A DNA stretch of 64,000 bases, from assembly GCA_036679085.1 (NCBI GenBank), contig JAZIGM010000048.1, positions 12,002-76,001 of the forward strand, given 5' to 3'. Below the pieces are notes generated by a model. The model was not told the origin of the DNA. It made no database searches and worked only from the letters and a program-made list of their open reading frames with translations. Position 1 is the first letter of the stretch, and every line of letters begins with the position of its first letter. The position numbers were made by a program, and so were the translations under genes. Source of the DNA: Chloroflexota bacterium. GTDB lineage: Bacteria > Chloroflexota > Anaerolineae > Aggregatilineales > UBA3940. Below, piece after piece: positions 27,743 through 35,559 of the stretch.

Positions 27743-28651
27743 TCAGGCAGGCTGGCTCTTCTTGATCGCCAGTTCCGCACCGTGCAGCGTGTTCTTGAGC
27801 AGCATGGCGATGGTCATCGGGCCGACGCCGCCGGGGACGGGCGTGATAGCGGCGGCACGCTCCTTGGCCGCCTCGAACTCGAAGTCGCCCTTCCACACGT
27901 AGCCCTTCGGCGCGTTCGGATCCTCGACCTTGACGGTTGCCACGTCGATCAGCACCGCGCCAGGCTTAATCCACTCGCCCTTGATCATCTCCGGGCGGCC
28001 CATCGCACCGACCACGATGTCTGCGTTAGCCAGCGCCGCGGGGATGTCCTTCGTGCGGCTGTGGCAGACCGTCACCGTGGCATTGGCCTGGATCAGCAGC
28101 AGCGCCATCGGCATGCCGACGATATTGCTGCGGCCCAGCACCACTGCGTTCGAGCCGGCGATCTTGAAGCCCTCGACCAACTGCTCGGCGCGCTGCAGCA
28201 GCACCATGCAGCCGTAGGGCGTCGCGGGGATGAACTCGGGCTCGCGGCCCTTCATCGCGAGGCGGCCAATATTCTCCGGGTGGAAGCCGTCTACGTCCTT
28301 GTCGATGCTGATGGCCTTGAGCACGGCTTCCTCGTCGAGGTGGTCAGGGAGCGGAAGCTGTACCAGAATGCCGTGTACCTTCGGGTCGCTGTTGAGATCG
28401 GCAATGACCTTCTCAAGCTCTTCCTGCGTAATGTCGCCGGGGAGTTCGTGCAGGAAGGAGTCGATCCCCACCTCAGCGCAGCGGTTGCGCTTCATCTTCA
28501 CGTACATCTGGGATGCGGGGTTATCGCCGACGAGCACCGCAGCCAGTCCGGGCGTAATGCCGTGCTCATCCTTCATGCGCTGCACGGCATCCGCAACTTC
28601 CTGCTGGACCTCTGCCGCGATGGCTTTGCCGTCAAGAACGATTGCTGTCAC
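27743..28651 (-). CDS. folD: Bifunctional 5,10-methylene-THF dehydrogenase/methenyl-THF cyclohydrolase FolD
   Basis: 302 aa. LVGDNPASQMYVKMK..HGILVQLPLP. GTG start preceded by GGAGG. Confidence 0.9.
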   Translation of the reverse strand: MTAIVLDGKAIAAEVQQEVADAVQRMKDEHGITPGLAAVLVGDNPASQMYVKMKRNRCAEVGIDSFLHELPGDITQEELEKVIADLNSDPKVHGILVQLPLPDHLDEEAVLKAISIDKDVDGFHPENIGRLAMKGREPEFIPATPYGCMVLLQRAEQLVEGFKIAGSNAVVLGRSNIVGMPMALLLIQANATVTVCHSRTKDIPAALANADIVVGAMGRPEMIKGEWIKPGAVLIDVATVKVEDPNAPKGYVWKGDFEFEAAKERAAAITPVPGGVGPMTIAMLLKNTLHGAELAIKKSQPA

Positions 28652-28866
28652 GGTTACCTCCGTATCAGTGACGCGTGAATCGATTGGAAGGAGTATGTGT
28701 CCCCACTAGCATAACACGTGCACTGATTCCTGCCACACTGCGGAATGTCATATTTGACTGCGCCATCGTTCGTATATCTGGGGTTCCCCCTGCTCCACAC
28801 CCCCTCATCCCACAAGTCTGCCCCCTCCCCTTGTCCCGAACCCGCCCGCATGCCATACTATGGCCC

Positions 28867-30156
28867 ATGACACAGCAGGTCCTTCTCCGGGGCGCAAACG
28901 TCGCCAGCGCGCACGGCGTCGAGCCGCTCGACATCCTCATCGAGGGCGAGCACATTGCCGCCGTTGCACCGCGCCTTGCCGGCAGCGCCCCGCAGGCAGA
29001 GGTCATCGACCTGACCGGGCTGACGGTGCTCCCCGGCCTGATCGACGCGCATGTGCACCTGCGCGAGCCGGGCGGCGAGCACAAGGAGGACTTCGACAGC
29101 GGCACGCGCGCCGCGCTCGCCGGGGGCGTGACGACCGTCCTCGCCATGCCCAACACCAGCCCGCCGATCACAAACTGTGACACGTTCGAGCAGGCGAACC
29201 GGCTCGCCGCCGCGAAGGCCGTATGCGATTACGGGCTGTACATCGGCGCAACGGCGGACAACGCCGCCGAGGCGGCATCGCTCGCAGACCGCGCCGCCGG
29301 GCTGAAGATGTACGTCGGCTCCAGCACCGGCAGCCTGCTCGTAGACCACTTCGCCGCGCAGATCGCGCACTTTGAGGGCTACCCGGCGGACCGCGTCATC
29401 GCGGTGCATGCCGAGGACGAGGCCGCCGTGCGCTACTACGCCACACGCGGGCAGCGCCGCCCGCCGATCTGCGCCGCGCTATCCGTCGCCTACCTGCTTG
29501 CGCTTGCGGAACAGACCGGGCGGCGGCTGCACATCTGCCACGTCTCGACGCGGGCCGAGCTTGACCTGATCCGTGAGGCGAAGGCTCGCGGCGTGCCCGT
29601 CACCTGTGAGGCGACGCCGCATCACCTGTTCCTGACGCTGGAGGCAGAAGCCCGCATCGGCGCGCTGGCGGTGTGCAACCCGCCTCTGCGCGAACAGGCA
29701 GACGTCGATGCGCTGTGGGCCAACCTCGACGTGCTCGACATCGTTGCCACCGACCACGCGCCGCACACCCTCGACGAGAAGCGCGGCGACCAGCCGCCCT
29801 CCGGCATGCCGGGGCTGGAGACGATGCTGCCCCTGCTGCTAACCGCCGTCCACGAAGGGCGGCTGACCCTGCCCGACGTCGTCCGCCTGACCGCGACCCG
29901 CCCCGCCGAGATCTTCGGGCTGGGGCGCAAGGGGCGCATCGAGCCCGGCTGTGACGCCGACCTGACCGTCGTCGATCTGTCCGCGCGCTGGACGCTCGGC
30001 GATGCGCCGCTGTACACTCGCTGCGGCTGGACGCCCTTCGCCGGGCGCGAGGTGCGCGGGCGCGTCGAGCGCGTCTACCTGCGCGGGCGGCAGGTGTTTG
30101 ACGGCGAGCGGGTGCTCGCCGCGCCGGGGACGGGCCAACCTGTGATAGACTCATAA
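28867..30156 (+). CDS. Dihydroorotase-like cyclic amidohydrolase (class I PyrC/allantoinase type)
   Basis: 429 aa from ATG 28867 (MTQQVLLRG..). LPGLIDAHVHLREPG..GGVTTVLAMPNT. The track ORF starts 64 codons earlier in implausible sequence. Confidence 0.8.
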   Translation: MTQQVLLRGANVASAHGVEPLDILIEGEHIAAVAPRLAGSAPQAEVIDLTGLTVLPGLIDAHVHLREPGGEHKEDFDSGTRAALAGGVTTVLAMPNTSPPITNCDTFEQANRLAAAKAVCDYGLYIGATADNAAEAASLADRAAGLKMYVGSSTGSLLVDHFAAQIAHFEGYPADRVIAVHAEDEAAVRYYATRGQRRPPICAALSVAYLLALAEQTGRRLHICHVSTRAELDLIREAKARGVPVTCEATPHHLFLTLEAEARIGALAVCNPPLREQADVDALWANLDVLDIVATDHAPHTLDEKRGDQPPSGMPGLETMLPLLLTAVHEGRLTLPDVVRLTATRPAEIFGLGRKGRIEPGCDADLTVVDLSARWTLGDAPLYTRCGWTPFAGREVRGRVERVYLRGRQVFDGERVLAAPGTGQPVIDS

Positions 30157-30164
30157 AGCGGATC

Positions 30165-30225
30165 CACAGATGGCACAGATAGCACAGATGGAAAAGATTT
30201 ATCCGTGCCATCTGTGACATCTATG
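30165..30225. repeat. Triple 9-nt direct repeat (cacagatgg cacagatag cacagatgg) plus inverted copies (ccatctgtg acatctatg)
   Basis: Read directly, 9 nt after the dihydroorotase-like stop. Forms a 9-bp stem with a 16-nt loop. Confidence 0.7.
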
Positions 30226-30274
30226 GACTCAGTATTCTCACATGCGTGCCATTCGTGGATCAAAACGCTGATTT

Positions 30275-31552
30275 ATGAACTCACGCTCCCTTCGTCCTGA
30301 AATCCTCGTCATCGGTGCCGGGCCGGGCGGCTCGGCGGCAGCGCGTGCGCTCGCCGAGGCCGGGCATGATGTGCTGCTCATTGACAGCGCCGACTTTCCC
30401 CGCGATAAGACGTGCGGCGACGGCCTCACGCCGATGGCGGTGCGCACGCTCCGTAAAATGGGCGTGCTGGCGCAGGTCAAGGCTGCCGGGGCGCAGCGCA
30501 TCGACTACAACCGCATCACTGGCCCGTTCGGCCTCTCGGCAACAATGGCCTTTGCCGAGTACCAGCCCGATTACCCCTATGCACTCGTGCTACCCCGCCT
30601 GATCCTGGACGACGTGCTCCGCCGCTACGCGCTTGTCGCCGGGGCCGAGTTCCGGGGGCGGGTGCGCGTCGAGGACATCCGGCGCGAGGGCGACCGCGTC
30701 ATGGAGGTGGTCGCAAGCACGCCGGAAGGCCCACTCACGCTCCAGCCACGCCACGTCGTCATCGCCGTCGGCGCGAACATGGGGCTGCTCAAGCGGGCAG
30801 GGTTCATCACGCACAGACCGCGCTTCATCCGCGCCGCCCGCGCCTATTTCGACGGCGTGGAGGTCCCGCCGGGGCGGGAGATGTACGACTTCTACTTTGA
30901 CCTGAAGCTGCTGCCCGGCTACGGCTGGATCTTCCCGACAGGCGGCGGTCGGGCGAACATCGGCGTAGGGGTGCTGCCCGTGCCCTGGTCCACGCGCCAG
31001 CCGACACATACCCTGCTTGACGAGTTCCTGGAGCGCCACCGCGCGAACGGGCTGGGGAAGGCCGAGCCGGCCAGCCCAGTCAAGGGTTACCCGCTGCGCA
31101 TCGACTTCCCCGCCACCCGCGCCGCCGGCGAGAACTGGGTGATCGTCGGCGAGGCCGCCGGGCTGGTCAACCCGGTCACCGGCGAGGGCATCGACCTGGC
31201 GCTGGAGAGCGGGCTGATCGCCGCGCGCTGCCTGCACGACGACATCCGGCGGGCACGGGCGGACCATCACACCTACCAGCGCGAGCTGTGGGACCGCTTC
31301 GGGCCGATGTTTAGCGGGCTGCGCATCCTGCGTGATATCCTGATCACGCCTGTCTTTACCGATTACGCCCTGCTGCTGATGAGGCAGCACAAGTTTCTCA
31401 CCACCACCGTCATGAAGATTGCACAGGGGATCGACCCACCGGCCAACGTGTTCCACCCGCTGTTCATCTTGCAGTTCTTCCTGCCCGTTACGCCACGCCT
31501 CATCGCCGAGACGGTCGGCAGGGCGTTTGCGAGGCAGCACGGCGCGCTATGA
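30275..31552 (+). CDS. Geranylgeranyl reductase family FAD-dependent oxidoreductase
   Basis: 425 aa. ILVIGAGPGGSAAA..DKTCGDGLTP..GYGWIFP motifs. Confidence 0.8.
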   Translation: MNSRSLRPEILVIGAGPGGSAAARALAEAGHDVLLIDSADFPRDKTCGDGLTPMAVRTLRKMGVLAQVKAAGAQRIDYNRITGPFGLSATMAFAEYQPDYPYALVLPRLILDDVLRRYALVAGAEFRGRVRVEDIRREGDRVMEVVASTPEGPLTLQPRHVVIAVGANMGLLKRAGFITHRPRFIRAARAYFDGVEVPPGREMYDFYFDLKLLPGYGWIFPTGGGRANIGVGVLPVPWSTRQPTHTLLDEFLERHRANGLGKAEPASPVKGYPLRIDFPATRAAGENWVIVGEAAGLVNPVTGEGIDLALESGLIAARCLHDDIRRARADHHTYQRELWDRFGPMFSGLRILRDILITPVFTDYALLLMRQHKFLTTTVMKIAQGIDPPANVFHPLFILQFFLPVTPRLIAETVGRAFARQHGAL

Positions 31553-32430
31553 GCCGCCCGCAGGTTACCATCCTGATCACCGCCTACCGCGAGGCCGCGA
31601 CCATCGGGCGCGCGCTGGAGGCGCTGCTGCCGCAGGCAGCCGGTGCGGAGGTCATCGTCATCTGCCCGGACCGCGAGACAGCGGACGCCGCCCGCGCTTA
31701 CCCCGGCGTCGAGGTGCTACAGGACCCGGGCCGGGGCAAGCCCGCCGCGCTGAACCTCGGGCTGGAGCGGGCGCGCGGCGAGATCATCGTCATGACCGAC
31801 GGCGACGTGTACGTAGGCGAGGGCGCGCTGCCCGCGCTGCTTGCGCCCTTCGATGACCCGCAGACCGGTGTCGTCAGCGGGCGGCCTATCTCACTCAACC
31901 CGCGCAGCACGCTGCTCGGCTACTGGTCGCACCTGCTGACGGATGCCGGGGCGCACGCCGAGCGGGCCCAGCGCGACGCCGCCGGGGAGTTTTTCGTCGC
32001 GTCCGGCTACCTGTACGCCGTGCGCGCCGGGCTGGTGAAGCACATCCCGGAGGATGCGCTGGCAGAGGATGCGGTCGTGTCGCACATGGTCGGGGAGCAG
32101 GGCTACCGGGTGCGCTACGCGCCGGAGGCGCGGGTCTACGTGAAGTACCCGACGACCTACGCGGACTGGCTCAAGCAGAAGGTTCGCAGTGCGGGCGGCT
32201 ACGCACAGCCGGTCATCGCGCGCTCGCCGCTCAGGATGCGCAGCTTCTGGCATGAGGTCGCCGCCGGGACAGGGCGTGCGCTGCGCTACCCGCGCAGCCT
32301 CCGCGAGTTCGTGTGGACGCTCGCGCTGTTCGCGGCGCGGCTGCACCTGTGGCTGCGGATCTTCTGGCAGGTGCGCGTGCGCCAGCGCCCGCTGAGCGAG
32401 CTGTGGCAGCGGGTCGAGAGCACGAAATAG
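31549..32430 (+). CDS. GT2 family glycosyltransferase
   Basis: 293 aa. VTILITAYRE..MTDGDV GT-A pattern. ATGA overlap with the reductase gene. Confidence 0.75.
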   Translation: MSRPQVTILITAYREAATIGRALEALLPQAAGAEVIVICPDRETADAARAYPGVEVLQDPGRGKPAALNLGLERARGEIIVMTDGDVYVGEGALPALLAPFDDPQTGVVSGRPISLNPRSTLLGYWSHLLTDAGAHAERAQRDAAGEFFVASGYLYAVRAGLVKHIPEDALAEDAVVSHMVGEQGYRVRYAPEARVYVKYPTTYADWLKQKVRSAGGYAQPVIARSPLRMRSFWHEVAAGTGRALRYPRSLREFVWTLALFAARLHLWLRIFWQVRVRQRPLSELWQRVESTK

Positions 32431-32473
32431 CAGGGCTTACCCTTCACTTATAGCTAGCACAGGGAGTGGCATC

Positions 32474-32929
32474 ATGAGGTACGATACAGAACCACGTTTT
32501 GACTGGGGGGCCATCTTCCGCGCCGCGGCGATCGTCATCGTCGTGACGGCAATCATCGGGTTTGCCATCCCGCCCATCCTGACCATCGCGCTCGGCTACA
32601 ACCACACCGGGCGCGTCGCAGGCAACGACCTGTACCGCTGGGCCTACTGGGGCATCGCCTGGGCGCTCACGATCTGGCAGGGCGCATGGATGCGGCGCGC
32701 TGTCGGCGACCGCATCTGGGATGATATGGCCTTCGTCGGTGTGATCGTGGCGGCGGTGCTGTTCGCGCTCAAGATGCTGATCGCGCTGATCTACGAGCCG
32801 ATCAGCTCGGAAGGGGCGCTGATGCCCATCATCACCTCGCTCGATACCGGCGGCGCGCTGATCCTCATCTTCGTGGCGCTGGTGGGCGCGGGTGCTAACC
32901 GGATTCGCGGGCAAACCAGAACGCGCTGA
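32474..32929 (+). CDS. Hypothetical integral membrane protein (about 4 TM)
   Basis: 151 aa with alternating hydrophobic helices. Follows the GT2 gene by 43 nt. Confidence 0.55.
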   Translation: MRYDTEPRFDWGAIFRAAAIVIVVTAIIGFAIPPILTIALGYNHTGRVAGNDLYRWAYWGIAWALTIWQGAWMRRAVGDRIWDDMAFVGVIVAAVLFALKMLIALIYEPISSEGALMPIITSLDTGGALILIFVALVGAGANRIRGQTRTR

Positions 32930-32976
32930 GCATCTGCCCAGCGCGCTTGATCGTCCAGTTCAAGGTAGTGAGGCGG

Positions 32977-33546
32977 CTACCGGAACCGCCTCGTTGAGAG
33001 CCAGCCGCCCGGCTTCCCTGAGCCGCCGCCCTTCCCGCTTGCGGGCTTGCCCGCCGGGGGCGTGATTTTCGGCAAGGGCTGTGCGGGCTTCTGCGGCTGC
33101 GCGCCAGCCACAGGCCTGGCGGCATCCGCCCCGCCGCCTGTGGGCGGCTTTGGCTTGCCGTTCGGGCGGAGGGGGTTCTTGCTCAACGCACTGGTGATCA
33201 CCCCTACCATCCCCCCGATGTCGAGATCTCCCTTGTTCAGCACCCCGACCACAGGCCAGGCGGAGAGCTTCTGCCGGTCGGCCTCGTCCAGCACTTTGGC
33301 CGTCGCCACGAGCACCCGCATCGGCGCGGACTCCTCCTTCTCGCGCACGTGCGAGAGGAAGGCGAAGCCGTCCATACGGGGCATCATCAGGTCAAGCAGG
33401 ATGAGGTCGGGCCGCTTCTGGCCCAGCTTGTCGATCGCCTCCAGCCCGTCTCTTGCGGTGTCGGTCTGGTGGCCGGCCATCTTCAGGGTGATGTTGAACA
33501 GTTCCCGAACGTCGGGTTCGTCGTCCACGACGAGGATGTGTGCCAC
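32977..33546 (-). CDS. Stand-alone response regulator receiver domain with Pro/Gly/Lys-rich C-terminal tail
   Basis: 189 aa. LVVDDEPD..LILLDLMMPRMDG..ATAK receiver motifs. No kinase gene adjacent. Confidence 0.8.
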   Translation of the reverse strand: MAHILVVDDEPDVRELFNITLKMAGHQTDTARDGLEAIDKLGQKRPDLILLDLMMPRMDGFAFLSHVREKEESAPMRVLVATAKVLDEADRQKLSAWPVVGVLNKGDLDIGGMVGVITSALSKNPLRPNGKPKPPTGGGADAARPVAGAQPQKPAQPLPKITPPAGKPASGKGGGSGKPGGWLSTRRFR

Positions 33547-33605
33547 GGGTGCTGCCTCGCAGTGCTAGTGCTGGCTGTGCGTCGTGCTGGATGATGGGCC
33601 GGGGC

Positions 33606-34184
33606 TTACTCCGGCTTGTCGTCGTTGTCCACAAACAGCGGCAAATGGCCGAGCGCGATCACGTTCTGCCACTTGGCGCGCTCGCCCTCGGTGAAGATCG
33701 CCGCCTGCGCCACGATCTCGCCGCCTGCCTTGTTAACCACAAGCTGCATCCCCTGCAGGGTGCTGCCGGTCGAGATCACGTCGTCGATCAGGATAATGCG
33801 CTTGCCTTTAATGAGGTCACGATCCTTCTCATCGAGGTAGAGCGTCTGGTGCTCGCCGGTCGTGATGGAGAGCGTCTCCGCCTTGAGCGCCTCGCCCATG
33901 TAGGGCTTGTAGCTCTTGCGCAGCACGACCCAATCCATGCCCATCTCGGCGGCGAGCGCGTAGATCAACGGGATACTCTTGGCTTCTGCCGTAACGAGCA
34001 CGTCAGCGTCGATCCCGCGCAGACGCTCTGCAAGCTGCCGCGATACCGCCTGCACCAGTTCGGTGTCGCCCAGGATGTTGACAATCGCAATACGTACGCC
34101 AGGCGCAACTTCAAACAGCCGCAGGTCGCGGCGCACACCTGCGACTTCTACCGTATACGTCTCACGTTCTACGGGCATGCACAA
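33606..34184 (-). CDS. Type I phosphoribosyltransferase (adenine/purine PRT-like)
   Basis: 192 aa. RIILIDDVISTGSTL PRPP-binding motif. Confidence 0.7.
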   Translation of the reverse strand: MCMPVERETYTVEVAGVRRDLRLFEVAPGVRIAIVNILGDTELVQAVSRQLAERLRGIDADVLVTAEAKSIPLIYALAAEMGMDWVVLRKSYKPYMGEALKAETLSITTGEHQTLYLDEKDRDLIKGKRIILIDDVISTGSTLQGMQLVVNKAGGEIVAQAAIFTEGERAKWQNVIALGHLPLFVDNDDKPE

Positions 34185-34437
34185 ATTTCTCCTGCTTGAT
34201 GAGCTTCGCGTTTCAGTCGCGGGGAAAGCCCATGCCGCATTCTACTACGATCCAGCCCGCAGCCGCCATAGAAAATTTCCCTGCTATCACTGGCGATGCG
34301 CATCTTTTGCACAATAGGTGGTGATGACGCTGCTCTCACCCCTCACCCCGGCGCGACTGTCTGTCGCGGTGCAGTTAGCGCAGCCAACTGGCCCCTCTTC
34401 CCACGGAGGGGCGAGAGGCTGGATTCAGCGCCTGTTT

Positions 34438-34465
34438 CCCCTTCTCCTCTGTGTGGGAGAAGGGG
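34438..34465. repeat. GC-tract hairpin (ccccttctcc / ggagaagggg, 10-bp stem)
   Basis: Perfect inverted repeat in the PRT/pcp divergent intergenic region. Confidence 0.6.
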
Positions 34466-34513
34466 TACCCGCGCCGCCGGCGGCGGGGCGGGGCGGGGAT
34501 GAGGGAGCAGTTC

Positions 34514-34522
34514 TGCTACAAT
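34514..34522 (+). promoter_or_regulatory. Extended -10 element TGCTACAAT upstream of pcp
   Basis: ..ttcTGcTACAATggtg.. lies 28 nt before ATG 34550, which is preceded by GGAGG. Confidence 0.45.
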
Positions 34523-34549
34523 GGTGAAAAACTCAGCACAGGAGGCATC

Positions 34550-35170
34550 ATGACCGACGGCAGGAGAACGGCTCTGATCACGGCGTTCGAGCCCTTTGGC
34601 GGGCGGGAGAAAAACGCCGCCGAGGAGGCGTTGCGCCGTCTCGCCGGGCAGGTTGGCGAGACGTTCCCGTTGCGGCTGGAACAGCGCGTGCTGCCCGTCG
34701 AGGCAGACGCGGCGGCGCAGCAGTTATGCGCGGCAATCGACGAGGTGCAACCCGCGTACGTGGTGTGTCTGGGTGAGGCGACGCGCGGCGAGATCTGCCT
34801 GGAGCGGATTGGCTACAACGAGCGCCGCTACCCCATGCCGGATAACGCCGGTCGCCAGTTTGACGGCGACCCGATCCGTGAGGATGGGCCGGAAAGCTAT
34901 ACCGCCACCCTGCCGCTCGACGCCATGCTGGAGGCGATGCAGGCAACGGGCGTCCCCGTGCGCCTGTCGGACGACGCCGGTCGCTACCTGTGCAACGAGG
35001 CGCTCTATACCTGCCTCGACCACATCGCGCAGCGAGGTTTGCCCGTGCGTGCCGGTTTTATTCACGTCCCGCGGGTGCCGGGGCCTGACAGCCCGGACGG
35101 CGGATCCCTCCCCACTGAGGATGTCGTCCGGGCGCTGATAGCAGGCCTGACAGCGCTGGCCGAGTGTTAG
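34550..35170 (+). CDS. pcp: Pyroglutamyl-peptidase I (peptidase C15)
   Basis: 206 aa from ATG 34550. ITAFEPFGG, DAGRYLCNE (Cys nucleophile context) and FIHVP (His). Confidence 0.85.
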   Translation: MTDGRRTALITAFEPFGGREKNAAEEALRRLAGQVGETFPLRLEQRVLPVEADAAAQQLCAAIDEVQPAYVVCLGEATRGEICLERIGYNERRYPMPDNAGRQFDGDPIREDGPESYTATLPLDAMLEAMQATGVPVRLSDDAGRYLCNEALYTCLDHIAQRGLPVRAGFIHVPRVPGPDSPDGGSLPTEDVVRALIAGLTALAEC

Positions 35171-35431
35171 CTAGTGGCCGCCGTTCCCCTCGCCGCCGCG
35201 ATACATCCAGCGCCAGATTTCCAGCGCCAGGTCGGCCAACTGAGCCTTGTCGGAGATCGACGCGAGGAACGTGAGCGTCGCCGGGCTGAAGCAGCCCGCA
35301 TACACTTCCAGCAGCTCTCTGCGTGACTGCTGGTAGAGCAGTGCGCGGCAGAGGTCGTCGTTAATGAGCGCCCTGCCGATCAGCTCGTCAAGTTTTTGTC
35401 TCTCTGCGTACGTGATGGGTGCGTCCTGCAT
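35171..35431 (-). CDS. Hypothetical small helical protein (86 aa)
   Basis: The ORF has plausible composition. Its stop abuts the pcp stop with zero gap (convergent). No recognised family. Confidence 0.45.
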   Translation of the reverse strand: MQDAPITYAERQKLDELIGRALINDDLCRALLYQQSRRELLEVYAGCFSPATLTFLASISDKAQLADLALEIWRWMYRGGEGNGGH

Positions 35432-35559
35432 GAGAGTACCGCCTCTCCGGGTAAGTTTCCCTTACTATCCTTACTCCGGTTCGGCGGGCTGATCTGTCAC
35501 ACCTGAGTTGGATTTCATGAAATTTTCACAGCAGGTGCGGACAACTCGCCGCACGTTAG

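Noticed and set aside
30165-30225. The 9-nt repeats as a CRISPR array
   Set aside because: The units are only 9 nt and directly abutting, with no spacers. There are at most 3 units per site and no cas genes in the window.
34296-34527. Small plus-strand ORFs (68-69 aa) in the PRT/pcp intergenic region
   Set aside because: Their sequences (..PLFPRRGERL..SPSPLCGRRG..) are simply translations of the GC-tract hairpin repeats. They have no RBS or coding signal.
35171-35431. The 86-aa protein as a RiPP (NHLP/Nif11-type) precursor
   Set aside because: The similarity is vague. Only 6 residues follow the GG. No maturase, radical SAM, cyclodehydratase or peptidase-ABC exporter gene is nearby.
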